Assembly (NCBI GenBank): GCA_965240325.2
Contig: OZ251234.1
Span: 1 to 64,000 of the forward strand
Length of the DNA: 64,000 nucleotides
Source of the DNA: Rebecca billardiae RCC1528
Lineage: Eukaryota; Protista; Haptophyta
Reading direction: 5' to 3'
The notes beneath the pieces were generated by a model. The model searched no databases. It had not been told where the DNA came from and was given only the letters and a program-made list of their open reading frames with translations. Made by a program: the position numbers and the translations under genes. Positions 34,632 to 47,765 of this stretch are shown here, piece by piece; within the stretch, counting starts at the first letter, position 1, and each line of letters opens with the position of its first letter.

Positions 34632-35256
34632 TCGCGACATTGCTGTCGTCATTGATCGACGGGACGCCGCGGACTGCGGAGGATCGGACGTGATCACGGG
34701 GCATCACGCGATGATCCGACGAAACGTCTTATAAGGCTTAACGTCCGGACGCCGTCGCCGCAGTCCCTGCTGACGCCTGCCGAGCGGCGCCGCCCGCCCT
34801 GGGCCGCCCTGGCAGCTATACTGTAGTTATCATGACCGGGCCTGTCCCGGCGGGCTGGTTTCCAGGGCCAGGGCCCAGCAGGCGGCCCGGATCACCGGTC
34901 ACCGGAGTCCGGATGCGGCCCAACGCACTTACGCAGACGCTGCGGGCCTGCGCAGCGGCGGTCGCTGCGCTGCCGTCGTCGCCGATGACGATGATGCTTA
35001 TAGAAGTGCGCGCTGCTACGTATCTGACGCGAATACGATGCTGACAGTGTCGTCACGCGAACGACCGCCGCAGCGCGATGACGATGTATGATGCGCCTGC
35101 GCCGTTGGCTGTGACGGTTGGCATGCGCGATCGGCGCGATGGGGCGGATGGGGCCCATCGTCATCGACGATGCGCACAGCGCAGCAGTGAGCCCAGCACT
35201 GCAGCCCCAGCACGCAGCAGCGCGGCACGTCCTCGAGCCCGGCGACGGCCGCTCGC

Positions 35257-36819
35257 TCAGAGCACGAGCGTCGCGATCCGCTCGGCGAGCGCGCCGAGCG
35301 CGCCCGTCCAGTGCTCGAGCGGCGCGCACGCCTTCTCGCACACGTCGGGGAAGGCGCCGTCCGCGCCGTACCGCGCGCGCAGCTCCTCGTACGCGCGGCG
35401 CTCGTAGTCGGCCCAGAAGTCGGAGGGGCACGCGCGCGCGGAGGCGGCGTACAGCATCTTGCGCCCGCCGAGCTCGCGCGTCCAGCGCTCGAGCGCGCGC
35501 GTGCACGCCGCGGCCGAGCCGTCGGCGAGGCGGCCGTACACGCCCACGTTGATGCGCGGCTCGGGCGCGCCCTGCGCCGCGCTGTCGTGCGGGGCGAGCG
35601 GCTGCGGCCGGTGCGCGGGCGGCGCGACCGGGCAGAGCCACAGCGGCGTGCTCAGCCCGCGGCCCGCCTCGTGCGCGCGCACGCGGCCGACGAGCTCGTG
35701 CGCGCGCGGCGCGGGCACGTAGCAGTCCTGCACGACGAGCACGCGCCCCACCGCCGCGGGCGGCGCGGCGTGCAGCGCGCTGAAGAGGGTGCGCGCGCCG
35801 TAGAGCGCGCCCAGCAGCGGGCGCAGCAGCCGCGAGGACAGCAGCAGCAGCAGCGCCGTCGGCAGCCCGACGCACCCGCGCACCAGCGCGCCGAGCTCGC
35901 ACGCCATGGGCCGCGCCATCCAGAACGCGCCGTAGTCGTAGCGGAACACGTAGTCCTCCGTGGGCACCGCCTCCTCGTGCGCGCCGCCCCTCTGTGCGCC
36001 GCGTGCCAGCGCGGCCGCGCAGGCCTCGCCCGCGCGCTCGTGCCACCAGGGCGCCCACCAGCGCGCACGCCACACGCGCAGGCCGCCCGCGCCGTCGGGC
36101 AGGTACTCCGCGGTGAGCAGCGAGGCGCCGCCGCCCGGGACGAGCTCGGGCGGGAACTGCAGCCCCTCCGCGAACTGCGCGGGCGGCGCCGCGCCCGCCG
36201 CCTCCGCCGCCAGCGCGGCGGTGGTGAGCGCGTGCAGCGCGGCGCACAGCGCGCGCGCGCCGCCCGCGCGCGCCGCGTCGTCGGCCGCGGGCGCAAAGGC
36301 GGTGTGGCGCACGCGCACGAAGGGCGCGGCGGGCTCGCACTCGACGCCCGCGGCGAGGCAGAGGGCGAGCGTGCCCAGGCTGCCCGACACGCCGCGCCAC
36401 AGCTCGTCGCCGCGCCGCGCGAGCCGCTCGGAGCCGTCGGCCATGCGCAGCTGCACCCACGCGCACGCGTCGTGGAACTGGCCGGCGCGGAAGGAGGTGG
36501 ACTCGAGCGAGGCGCCCATGATGGCGCCGCCGACGGTGATCGCGCGGAACTCCGCGACCACGCGCGGCAGCAGGCCGAGCGGCAGCAGGTGCCGCACGAG
36601 CTGCTCCATCGTCACCATGCACTCGGCGTGCGCGACCGCGACCGCCGGCCCGGCGCGCGCGCCGTCGGAGAGCCGGTCGACGGCGAGGATGCGGGTGCGC
36701 GCCGAGAGGTCGACGTGCCGGCACCGCGCCTTGTACGCGTTCCCGCGCGTCGTGTTCCCCGAGCGCGGCTTGAGGCACACGAGCTCCTTCGGCGCCGGCG
36801 GCGCCCGCGTGTCGGCCAT
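35257..36819 (-). CDS. Delta24-sterol reductase-like FAD-linked oxidoreductase
   Basis: VTMEQLV...EFRAITVGGAIMGASLESTSF, DYVFRYD.GAFWM, VQD, PLWLCPV, NVGVYG, GGRKMLYA, Y..LR..YGA..FPDV..K. Confidence 0.88.
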   Translation of the reverse strand: MADTRAPPAPKELVCLKPRSGNTTRGNAYKARCRHVDLSARTRILAVDRLSDGARAGPAVAVAHAECMVTMEQLVRHLLPLGLLPRVVAEFRAITVGGAIMGASLESTSFRAGQFHDACAWVQLRMADGSERLARRGDELWRGVSGSLGTLALCLAAGVECEPAAPFVRVRHTAFAPAADDAARAGGARALCAALHALTTAALAAEAAGAAPPAQFAEGLQFPPELVPGGGASLLTAEYLPDGAGGLRVWRARWWAPWWHERAGEACAAALARGAQRGGAHEEAVPTEDYVFRYDYGAFWMARPMACELGALVRGCVGLPTALLLLLSSRLLRPLLGALYGARTLFSALHAAPPAAVGRVLVVQDCYVPAPRAHELVGRVRAHEAGRGLSTPLWLCPVAPPAHRPQPLAPHDSAAQGAPEPRINVGVYGRLADGSAAACTRALERWTRELGGRKMLYAASARACPSDFWADYERRAYEELRARYGADGAFPDVCEKACAPLEHWTGALGALAERIATLVL

Positions 36820-37054
36820 CGCTGGAGGGGGCGCGCGTGGTCGACGTGGAGCCCGCCGAATTCGTCGGGTTTTTTATAATTTTTTTCCTGGTGGATGCGG
36901 CGCGACGAAGCGTGGAAACTCCCGAACCTGTACATACGTGCAGCTAAAAAACAGTTTTCGGCCGCTCTCATTGGTCGACGAGCGGGCTCGATTACACGGC
37001 TCGCGCGGTCGGGTGAGTAACACGGCAACACCGCGGCGCCGTCCACCCACGACC

Positions 37055-37696
37055 ATGTCGAGCTCGATGACGAGCAGCGAGCTCCGCGCGGAGGCGAACG
37101 AGCACTTCCGCAAGAGCCAGGTGCCGGGGCTGAGCCCGGCGCTGCGAGAGAGCCACCTCGACCAGGCGCGCTCGCGCTACGCCGCCGCCGTCGCTGCCGC
37201 GGACGCGGCCGCGCACGACGCGGCCGACGCGCGCGACGCCGCCGGCCGCAAGGCCGCGCTCGACGACCTGTCGCACGCCGAGAAGAACCTGGGCGTCGCG
37301 CACCTGCGCGAGGCCGACTATGGCGATTCGATGGACGCCAAGCTCTCCCACCTCCGCCTCGCCGCCTCGCACCTCCTCAAGGCCGCCCTGGCGCGCACGC
37401 AGATGCACGCGCCACCGCCTCCCGCCGAGGGCGCCCCGCCCACCGCCCCCAACGCGGAGGCGGACACGTCCGACGACCAGTGGATGCAGGCGATTGGCGA
37501 GCGCCTGCGCGAGGTCGTCACCCTCTTCGTCGGCGCCACCGCCGAGCTCAAGCACCCCGCGCGCTCGGACGCCATGCGCGCATTCATGGCTTCGCTGCCC
37601 AACTCGACGCTGCCGCCGCGCGAGCACGGCATCGTCTTCGCGCCCTTCTACAACACGCTGCTCGCGACGGTGCAGCAGCAGCCCGCCGCCGGGTAG
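37055..37696 (+). CDS. Hypothetical helical (TPR-like) protein, possibly truncated or with a further exon
   Basis: ATG 37055; GC3-rich; LRAEANEHF and AEKNLGVAH helices. Confidence 0.6.
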   Translation: MSSSMTSSELRAEANEHFRKSQVPGLSPALRESHLDQARSRYAAAVAAADAAAHDAADARDAAGRKAALDDLSHAEKNLGVAHLREADYGDSMDAKLSHLRLAASHLLKAALARTQMHAPPPPAEGAPPTAPNAEADTSDDQWMQAIGERLREVVTLFVGATAELKHPARSDAMRAFMASLPNSTLPPREHGIVFAPFYNTLLATVQQQPAAG

Positions 37697-38232
37697 GGGA
37701 GGCGCCTCCGCGCAGCCCCGCCGCCGTCGGCCGGCGTCTCCTCCGGCCCTACCTTCCCAGCTGTGCCCATGGGCACAGTCGCCACACGGTCGGCCCGTGC
37801 CGCGGCCCTGTTAGCCCGCGGCAGAGTGCGTGCTGCGCCCTGTGCTCGACCCCAGACTCCAGTCACTCCACGCGTCCGCCTCTGTACTCGGCCGTGCCCG
37901 GGCTGTGTCGGGCCTCTTGCGACGGCCGAAGCCGTGAGTACGGGCCGCCAGGCTCATCACTACGCGTCATGGGCCGCGGTCGGCGGCTCCGCTCCGCCCA
38001 AACTGGCGTGACTCGACAGTCCGGACTAAAAAACCTGAGTCCTGACGCCGCGCGAGCGCTCGTTACGTCTTCGCCGGGATCAACAGCGGTCGGGTCACGA
38101 CTCATCGGTTTCACCGTTTCAGGTTCTGAAACGACTCGATCGACTGCGCTTTTTTCGCATCAGCAATCGCAAGGTCGTTCGACGGTCCAGGGCTGCGCCC
38201 ACACCCGCCCCGCCCCGCTCCTCGTCGCCGCC

Positions 38233-39342
38233 ATGTCCTATAAGGAGAAGGAGAAGCGCGACGCGGTCAAGGTGAAGTGGTTCGCGGAGTGGACGGCGAA
38301 GCTGTCGGACGACGCATTCAGCGGCAAGGTGGTGGCGATCACGGGCTGCACGACGGGCATCGGCCACGTGGTCGCCACGCTCGCCGCGGAGCGCGGCGTG
38401 CGCCAGCTGATCATGCTCAACCGCAAGTCGAAGCGCGCCGAGGACGCGCTCGCGGCCGTGACGGCGAAGGCGAAGGAGGGCACGGAGGTGCGCCACGTCG
38501 ACTGCGACCTGCAGTCCTTCGCCTCCGTCCGCGCCGCGGCGCAGGAGCTCAAGAGCGCGTGCGCGGGCGGCTGCCTGGACGTGCTGTACAACAACGCGGG
38601 CGTCATGGCGTTCGACGAGGGCGCCACGGCGGACGGGTACGACGTGCAGGCGCAGACGAACCACCTGAGCCACTTCCTGCTCACGCGCGAGCTCATGCCG
38701 CTCCTCGAGGCCGCGGCGACCGCGCGCGGCGAGGCGCGCGTCGTGCACTGCTCGAGCTCTGCGCGGCACGGCGCGCCGATCGAGGCCAAGTACTTCCAAA
38801 AGTTCGAGGGGCCGGGCAGCCTGGGGGGCAACAACAACTCGATGCTGCGGATGGGCGCGAACTGGGTGCGCTACCACCAGACCAAGCTGGCGAACGTCGT
38901 CTTCAGCCTCGAGCTGAGCGAGCGGCTCAAGAAGGGCGGCTCGCGCGTGAAGGCGCTGAGCTGCGACCCCGGCCTCGTGGCGACCGACCTGCAGCTCACG
39001 ACCGCAAACCAGGGCGGCATGTCCAAGTTCTCGATGTGGCTCGCGTTCCGCATGAGCCAGAGCGCGCCGGACGGCGCGCTCCCGGCGACGTGGTGCTGCT
39101 TCGCGCCCGAGGCCGAGACGGGCAGCTTCTACATGCCCAAGGGCACCTTCACCGGCCCGCCCGCCGCGTCGATTGTGGACGGCGTCGCGCCCAAGCCGGA
39201 CAAGGAGAAGGCCGCGCTGCGCGTCGAGGACCGCGCGCTGCTCTGGACGACCTCGGAGGAGGCGGTGGGGCCGTTCGACGTGGGCGCCGCCGGCGCCGCC
39301 GCAGCCCAGGCCTCGACGAGCGCGGAGCAGGCGCAGGGCTAG
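38233..39342 (+). CDS. Short-chain dehydrogenase/reductase (retinol dehydrogenase/WWOX-like)
   Basis: TGCTTGIG, DLQSFASVR, NNAGVMA, NHLSHFLLT, YHQTKLAN. Confidence 0.93.
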   Translation: MSYKEKEKRDAVKVKWFAEWTAKLSDDAFSGKVVAITGCTTGIGHVVATLAAERGVRQLIMLNRKSKRAEDALAAVTAKAKEGTEVRHVDCDLQSFASVRAAAQELKSACAGGCLDVLYNNAGVMAFDEGATADGYDVQAQTNHLSHFLLTRELMPLLEAAATARGEARVVHCSSSARHGAPIEAKYFQKFEGPGSLGGNNNSMLRMGANWVRYHQTKLANVVFSLELSERLKKGGSRVKALSCDPGLVATDLQLTTANQGGMSKFSMWLAFRMSQSAPDGALPATWCCFAPEAETGSFYMPKGTFTGPPAASIVDGVAPKPDKEKAALRVEDRALLWTTSEEAVGPFDVGAAGAAAAQASTSAEQAQG

Positions 39343-39826
39343 TCGCCTCTGGATCGGGCATGGCGGAGTGTGATCGCTGCCGTCCACCGCCCGACAAGCG
39401 CGCGGCCACTACGCGGCCACGACGGGTGCGGTCCGGAGTCACGCGACTGCGGCGTCCACCAGCGTCCGCCGAGCGAGTCCGGGCAGCTGCGGCGCGCCCG
39501 CGCGGCGGCGGTGGCTCTTCGCACCGTCTTCGCCTCCGATCCGGGGCGCGGCATGCGCGGGCACTGCGGCGTCACTCATCAGACATCAACGCGCGCGCCG
39601 TTTATACCGCTGCTGCTTTCGCGATCATCAGCAGTATATATATATATGTAGACTGCGCGCTGCTACTCGTCATACTGCTCAACAGCTATATGTACTCGTC
39701 GCGCATATTATTATTGCAGCGCATGCATGACGAGCAGCAGCGCCGCCTGATGATCAGATACGGCGCGGCGCAGTGACCGGCGGCACGGGGCGCACGCGGG
39801 CCTCGCATCAGACTGATGAGTGCCCC

Positions 39827-41803
39827 TCAGAGGAAGAGCGCGTCGGGCTCGCGCGGCGCGTCGCCCTCGGCCGACGCCCACGCGGCGCGCAGCGCCTCCT
39901 CCGCGTCCGCGTCGAGCTCGTTGCTCTCGAGGTGCAGCTCGACGAGCGCGAGCGGGCGCGCGAGCGGCGCCGGCCGGCGCGGCGGCGGCGGCGAGGCGGC
40001 CGCGTGCGCCGCGCTGGCCGAGCAGCGCGCGCGGCGCAGCGAGGGCAGCGAGGAGGCGGCCGAGCCGAGCGAGAGGCGGCGCGCGCCGAGCACGGGCGAC
40101 ACGAAGCCGCCGCCGCCGCGCGCGGGCGAGCGCGCGCGCTGGTGGCTGCCGCCGCCGCCGCCCCCCTCGGCGGGCGGCGCGGTGGGCGCGCGCAGCCCGA
40201 GCGCCGCCGCGGCCGCGGCCTCGGCGTCCTCCTCGCTGCGCGCGCGCGCGGCGCGCGTGCGCGCGTCGAGCAGCTGGCAGAGCGCGCGCGCGCCGATGGC
40301 CGTGATGCCGTTGGCGGCGAGCGAGAGGCGCGCGAGCCGTCCGCGCACGCCGAGCGCCGACGCGAGCGCGGAGCAGCCCGCGTCGCCCACCTGGTTGTAC
40401 CCCAGGTCGAGGTCGGTGAGGTGCGCGTTGGACGCGAGCGCGTGCCCCAGCTCCACGGCCGCGGCCGTGCCCAGCGCGCACGCCGCGCACCGCAGCACGC
40501 GCAGCGAGGTGTTCACGACCAGCGCGCGCGCGAGCGCCTCGGCGAGCTCGTCCGCGCCCGAGTACAGCGCGGGGCGGCCGCCCTCGGCCGGGGGCTGCGC
40601 GTTGTGCGAGAGGTCGAGCACCTGCAGCGTGCTGTTGTGGTGCAGCATGCGGCCCACGCACTGCGCGCGCACACGGCAGCACGCGTGCGCACGCACGCAC
40701 AGCGGGCTGAGCCGTGCGCGGGGCGGCGCGCGTGCGCGCGCAGGGCGCGCGCACGCACGCGCGCGCGCACACGCGCACACCTGCAGCGCGTACGCCGAGA
40801 GCCCGTTCGCGCCGAGCGTGAGCACCTGCGCGCACTCGTTGGCGCGCAGCACCGCGCCCAGCAGCCCGGCGTCCGCGTCGCTCATCCTCGCGCCCGCCAG
40901 CAGCAGCTCCGCCTCGCCCTCCGCGCACGCCCACTGGTCGTCGCTCACGTACGCCAGCGCGCACCCGCCGTGCGCCTCGAGCGAGCGCGCCAGCGCCCAC
41001 CGGCCCATGGCGGTCAGCTCGTTGCCTGCGGCCGCGCGCGCAGGGTGAGGCGGAGGGAGGCGGAGGGAGCGCGGTGTGGGCCGTGCGCGCGCACACGGCA
41101 GAGAGAGGCGCGCGCGAGAGAGCGAGCGGCAGCGGCGCGCGGCCGCGCGCGCGCGCCGCCCGCACCGCGGATGTCGAGCGCCCTGAGCGTGCCGTTCGCC
41201 TCGAGCGCGAGCGCGAGCGCGCCCATCCCGCCGTCCGTGAGCCCGCAGAAGCTCAGGTCGAGCCTCGTGAGCGAGGGGCGGTGGCGCAGCACCAGCCCCA
41301 CGTACTTGGCGCACGCCTCGCCCACCGGCGCGCCCGCGAGCGAGAGCTCCTCCAGACGCCCGTTGCGCGCGTCCGCGATGGCCGCGCACAGCGCGGGCAG
41401 CGCCTCGGCGGGCAGCGCGTTGAAGCCGAGCCGCAGCACGCGCAGCGCGCGCGAGCCGTCGCCGCCGCCGCCGCGCCGCCCGGAGCGCGCGCGCGCGCCG
41501 AGCGCTCCGCCGCGCCGCTCGGCGCCGGGCGAGCGCGCGCGGCGCCGGCCGCGCTGGCTGTGCGCGTGCGCCGCGCCGCCGCCGCCCGCGCCGCCGTCCG
41601 CGCCGCCGCCGCGCGGCGCGTGCGGCGCCGCCTCGGCCGCGAGCAGCGCGCTGATCCGGCACTCGCTCGCCGCGCGCTGCAGCGGCGTCGGCCCGGCGGG
41701 CGGCAGCGAGGCGCGCCGGTCGGCGCCGTCGTACGCCGCACCGCCCAGCTCCGAGGACGGGCACAGCGGCCGCGCACGCGGGGGCGTGCCCGCGGCGGCG
41801 GCG

Positions 41804-41840
<37 letters not shown>

Positions 41841-44800
41841 TGCGCCCGCCGCCCGACGAGCGGCGCGGCCGCAGCCCGGGCGAGCGGCGGCGCTCGCGGC
41901 CGCCCGCGGCCGCGGCGGCGGCCGCGTCGCTGTCGGCGGGCGCGAGCGCGCGCGCGAGGCTCGCCGCGCCCGCCGCGCCGATCTGCGTGGCGGTGAGGTC
42001 GACGAGGGTGAGGCTGGCGTTGGCGAGCAGCGCGCGCGCCACCGCGCCGGCGCCCACGTCGCCCAGCGCGTTGTAGCTCAGGTCGAGCACCTGCACGCAC
42101 GCGTGCCGCCGCAGCGGCGCGCACAGCAGCGGCGCGTCCGCGGGGCCAAGGCCGGCGTGCGGCACGCGGAGCGCTGACGTGCCCGCGTACAGCGCCCACT
42201 GGTCGAGCGCGACGGAGGCGAGCGCGGAGGAGGCGTTGGCGAGCGCCGCCTCGCCGAGCGCGCGCCGCCCCACCGGGCCGATCCCGCAGCGCGCCAGCCC
42301 GAGCTCGCGCAGCGACTCGGAGTGGCGCAGCCCGCGCGCGAGCGCGCGCGCGCCCGCGTCGCCGAGCGGGTTAGCGCTCAGCTCGAGCGAGGTGAGGGCG
42401 CAGCCGTCGCGCGCGAGCTCGAGGGCGAGGAGCTCGGCGGCGGAGGGGCCGAGCGCGTTGTGCCGCAGCGTGAGCGCGCGCACGTGCCGCGCGCGCGGCA
42501 GCAGCGCCGTGAGCACCGCGCACTCCGCCTCGCCGAGCGACGCCCCGGGCAGCAGCAGCGCGGCCGAGCGGCCGGACGAGCCGCCGCCGCCGAGCGGCTG
42601 CAGCACGCCGCCGGCCGCGTGCGTGCGGTGCAGCCGCGTCGCGCGCAGCGCGCGCACGGGCAGCCCGCTGAGCAGCCGGAGGCGCGGCCGGCCCCACGCC
42701 GCGCTGCTCTCGCCGCCGCCGCCGCCGCCGTCGAGCCCGCCCGCCGCGGGCGCGGCGGCGTGCAGCGCGAGCGCGCTCGAGGCGGTGGGCGCGAGCACGC
42801 CGAGCAGCAGCGCGCGCCCGCCCGCGACGCTCACCCGGCAGCCGCGCACGTCGAGCGCGGTGAGCGTGCGCGCGCGCGACTCGGCGAGGCCGCGCGCGAG
42901 CGCGCGCGCGCCCTTGTCCGCCAGCGGGTTGGAGCGCACGTCCAGCTCGCGCAGCGCGCGCGCGTTCGTGAGCAGCAGCCGCAGCTCGAGGCACGCGTCG
43001 TTGTCGCAGCCGGTGCGCGCGAGCCGCAGGCAGCGCAGCGACGCGTTCCGCTCGGCCGCGCGGCACAGCGTCGCCCACTCGAAGATGCCGAGGAAGCAGC
43101 CCGCGAGCGAGAGCGTGTGCACGCGCAGCCCGCCCACCAGCAGGCACACCTCCTCGCGCAGCGCGCGCCCCGACGAGAGCTCGAACGAGACGGCGCGCGG
43201 CCGCGCGCGCTGGTGGCTGCTCACCGCGGCGGTCGCCGCGGCCGCGGCCGCGCGCGAGAGGCGCGAGACGCGCGGCCGCGCGCCCGAGCGGCGGCCGTCC
43301 GCGAGCGTCGGCGCGGGCAGCGCGTCCTCCGCCGCGAGCTGCAGCGCGGTGTGCAGCCCGAGCAGGTGGAAGTACGCGCTCTCGCGGCACACCAGCGTGC
43401 CCGACGGCCGGCCGCGCCCGCCGCCGCCGCCGGGCGCGTGCGCGTGGTACCAGCCACCCGGCTCCGCCTCCTCGCCCAGCCGGCCGAGCAGACGGTCGAG
43501 CGCGTGCGCCGAGCGCACCACGCGCCGGATGTGCGCCCAGCGCGCGCGCGCCGAGGCCGCGGGGCGCGCACGGCGCACGAGCGCGTGCACGCCGCCCTCC
43601 TCCTCCTCCTCCTCCTCCTCCTCGCCCTCCGCCTCGGACGCCTCGGCCAGCGCGGAGGCGGAGAAGGCGCGCGGCGAGCGTCGCGAGCCCCGCCGGCTGC
43701 CTCCGCCCGAGAGCACCAGCGCGATGGCGGAGGTGGCGGTGCGCGCGGGCACGATCGTGGACGGGCGGCGCGCCGGGCTGGCCGCGGCGACCCACGGCTG
43801 CGCGATCGCGTCGCCCACGCCCTCGGCCGCGCGGCGCACGGACGCGGCGAGCGCGGTGGGCGCGCACGCGCACGCCGCGAGCTGCTCGCGCAGACTGCCG
43901 CACCCCGCCGAGCACCGCCGCGCGCCGCACGCGCCCGCGGGCGCGCCCTCCGCGTCCGAGCCGCCGCCGCCGCCCGCCTTCGCGTGCGGCTGCGCGAAGC
44001 GCGCGCGCAGCCCGGGCGTGGCCGGCTGCGGCGACTGGCGCTCGATCTCGCGCACAATCTGCGCGGACACGGCGAGCGCGGCCGCCTCGTCCGAGGGGTT
44101 GGCGTACGCCCACGCGCACAGCACGGCGACGAAGGCGAGCAGCCCGCCGAGCGCGCCCGCGCGGAACGTGGCGTGCAGCGCGACCGCCGCGTGCGTGCCC
44201 GCCGCCGCGGCGGGCACGGCGAGGCCGCACCCCACGCACCACAGCGACAGCAGGTGCCCCGCGCTCCGCAGGTGGTTGAGCGCAGCCACGTTGCACGGCG
44301 CCGCCGCCATGTTCCACGCGAGGAAGACGAGGTTGATCAGCCCGAGCGCGCCCAGCGCGAGCTCGCGGTGGTGCGAGAAGAAGAGCGCCGCGCCGATCGC
44401 CGCCGCCCTGCCGTGCGAGTAGAAGAGCCAGTACACCGAGTCGTACACGACGAGCGTCTGCCTGCGCTGGAAGAGCAGCTTGCCGAGCGCGGACGCCACA
44501 AAGTAGGGCAGCAGCACACACAGGGCGAGCGCGGCGAGCTCGAGGTGCGCGCCGCGCCAGCACTGCACCGACGGGTCCGCGTCGAGCATCTGCTGCACCG
44601 CCGCCTGCGCGGCCGCCTGCTGCGGCTGGTACTGCTGCAGCAGCGCGGCAGACGGCTGCGGCGGCGGCAGCGCCGCGGGCAAAGCGCCCGCCGCCGCCGC
44701 CGCCGCGCCGCCGCCGCCGCCGCCGCCGCCGTCGGGCGGCAGGTCGGCGCCCGCCTGGCCGGGCGAGCAGTCGAAGGCGCGGAAGAGCGTGCGCGTGATC

Positions 44801-46872
44801 CCGATCGACAGCCCGTCCGCCAGGAACTCCGCGAGGAAGATCGCCGTGAGCCGGTGCCCCGCCGCGTCGCACGCGAGCGCCACGGGCACGCACAGCGTGA
44901 CGCAGAGCGAGACCGCGGTCAGCAGCCGCTCGTACCGCACCTCGGGCAGCGCGAGCAGCGACAACGCGGAGAGGGCGGAGGCGAGGCGCGGGTTGAGCGC
45001 GGTGGAGATCGGGTTGGTCGGCGTGAGCGCGAGCGCCGACCACGCCACGCAGTCGTACAGGATGCTGCACACGCGCATGGTCGCCAGGTAGTGCGCGGGC
45101 GGCAGCTGGCCGCGCACGGCGGGCGGCAGCGCGTCCGCGCGCACGCCTCCGAGCAGGCCGGGCGTCTGCGCGGCGCACGCCGGCCCGTAGAGCAGCCGGC
45201 GGAGGGGGCGCACGGGCGACCAGGGCGAGAGCACCAGGCAGTTCGCCGCGCACACGCCGAGCAGCGGCACGCCGAGGAACGCGCCCGGCCACGCCGTGTG
45301 CGCCGCGCACGCCCACACTGCGAGCAGCGCGGCCGCGAGCACCGCCGCGCAGCCGGCGAGGAACAGGCACTCGGCGCGGAAGCACTGGCGCCACAGCGCG
45401 CCCTGCGCCTCGAGCGCGCGCGCGTCGGCGTGCGGCAGCACCGCGCGCACCCAGCGCTCCGCCGACGCGCGCCAGCCCCACATCCCCATCAGCAGCAGCT
45501 CGGCGCAGAAGGCAATCACGCACCAGCCGCGCGCGCTCCGCAGCAGCGCCGCGCGCGCAAACGCGCGGCCCGGGCGCAGGCCGAGCGCCGCGGCGGAGAG
45601 CGCGGCGGGCGGGAGCAGCCGGATCAGCGCCCAGCGCCACCACACGAGGAGCAGCCGCCGCGGCGCGTGCGAGCCGCGCGCGCCCGCGCCCGACGCGCGG
45701 CGCGGCGCGAGCCGGAGCAGCAGCGAGACGCGGCGCGCGGCGCCGCCGAGCGAGCGCGCGCGCCGCTCGCGCGCCGCCGACGCGCCGCCGCCGCCGCCGA
45801 CGCCGTTGGGCGCGTCGACGGGCGCGTCGACGGGCGACGGCGCGCCGTTCGGCGCGCCGCCCGCCGCCGCGTCCGAGCGCGGCAGCGCGCTGGGCAGCAG
45901 CGGCGCGCCGTCGGCGCTGGCGCTGGCGCCGCTGTGCGCGCGCGAGACGCTCAGCGCCGATGAGAGCGCGCACGCCTGCGCGGACGCCTGCGCGGACGCC
46001 TTGGCTGCGGCCGCGGCGGCCGCGGCGGCCGAGGCCGGCGGCGTGAGCCCGCGCGGCGCGACGGCCGTCGCGTCGGCCGCCGACGGCGTCGGCGGCTTGT
46101 CCAGCGAGGCGAGCGGCACGCGCTCGATCGTGCACGCGGGCGTGAGCAGCCACCACCACCACAGCCGGCGGCGCAGCGCGTCCGCCTCCGCGCGCCCCAT
46201 CAGCGCCACACCCGGACCAAAGTCGGCCAGCTCGGCGCGCGTGCGCCAGAGCGCGACGCCGACGTGCGCGGGGAGCTTGCAGCACAGCCACGAGAAGAAC
46301 CACACGCAGTCCACGCGCACCAGCTTGACCAGGCACCCCGCCAGCGTGTCGTCCAGCCGCGCGACCAGCGGCGCGGGCGGCGCGGCCGAGCACTCGGAGC
46401 TCGCCGTCGACGCGTCCGAGCCCGCGTCCGACTCGTCCTCCGAGGTGGCGCCCGAGGAGGAGGACGCGTCCGGCTCCTTGGCGGGAAGCGCCAGCGCGCC
46501 CGCCGCCGGCGCGGCGGGCGGCGTCGGCGCCTCCGCGCTCGGCGCGCCCGCGGGCGCGCGCGACGGGCCGCCCTCCGCGTCCGCGACGGCCGCGCCGTCC
46601 GCCGACGGCGCCGCGGCCGAGGGCGCGGCCGCGGGCGGCGCGCTGTGCTCGGGCGCGGTCATCAGCCTCGCCGGCAGCGCGAACGCCGCGCCCGCGGGCG
46701 CCCCCGCCTCGCCCTCCGGCGCGGTCATCAGCCTGGGCGGCAGCGCGGGCGAGTCGAGCCCGCCCTCCTCCTCAGACTCGGGCAGCACGACCAGGATGGT
46801 GGGCGCGGCGGCGGGGCTGCGCGGCGGCGTGCCGCCGCGGCCCGCAGTCCACGTCCACCACGGCCGCGACAT
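39827..46872 (-). CDS. Large multi-TM protein with C-terminal RNI-like leucine-rich repeats
   Basis: TM cluster ~44100-46300 with LDADPSVQCWRGAH; many LxxLxLxxNxLGxxGAxxLA repeats in 39900-43150; introns 41026-41165 and 40661-40780. Confidence 0.82.
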
Positions 46873-47765
46873 GGGTGCCCGGGGCGGGCCGGCCGCCGGC
46901 CGCTCTGCGCCGCGCAGACGCGCGAGGAGCTATTTCGGGGCTGTCAGCAGCCGCCGTCGGCCGCCATCGCGACCTCGCAAAAGAAAGATCCCTGCTGGCG
47001 CCTCGCACGAGGAGTCGCCCCGGCCCCGGCGGCGGATGGTGGTGAAGCACCACCCCTTCCCCAAACGCAGTGCGAGCCGAATTCCACCGAACAGACCGGG
47101 TGGCAGACTGGCAGTGGCAGAGTCAGTGGTGAGCAGTGGCTCCTTGAAGTGAAGTCGAAGTCCCGGAGGTCAGGACATACTGGACGGCGCCGGCGATGCG
47201 GGCCCTGCCCGGTGCCGCCGTGCGGTCGTCCGGGGCTCACGGTCACGGTGCAACACGCATGCGCATGGCATGCCATGCACGCTTCGGCTTCGCATCACGT
47301 AGGCCGGTAGGTACTGACCTGTCTGACCGTACGACCATCACGTCCGACATTCGGCACCGCGGCGGCGCCGACGCAGCACCGGGTCAGGGGCGAGGTCACG
47401 AGCGCCACCGGGTGACCGGCGACTCGACTCTCAGGAAGACGACCGGCTGCTGGACCGTGACTCCCGCTCCGGCCGCCGGCGGCGACTGCTTAGCTCGGAC
47501 AGTGACTCGGCTGGCGGTCTGCTGCCAGCCGCGAGCCGCCGGGCCGCCGCCCCCGCGCGCGGGCGCGGCGGTCCCGTTCCAAGGAGTTGCAGCGCGGGCG
47601 GAGTTCGTACTTGGTAGTCTCACTCGATCAGCAGATGACAGACACAGAGTGACAGACAGTCAGACGCAGTGACTGTGACACAGTCGGCCCGCCGCGGACA
47701 GGATGCTGGATGCCGCCGTCGCCAGAGTACGCCATCGTCACGCCCGGTTACTGTCAATACTGACG

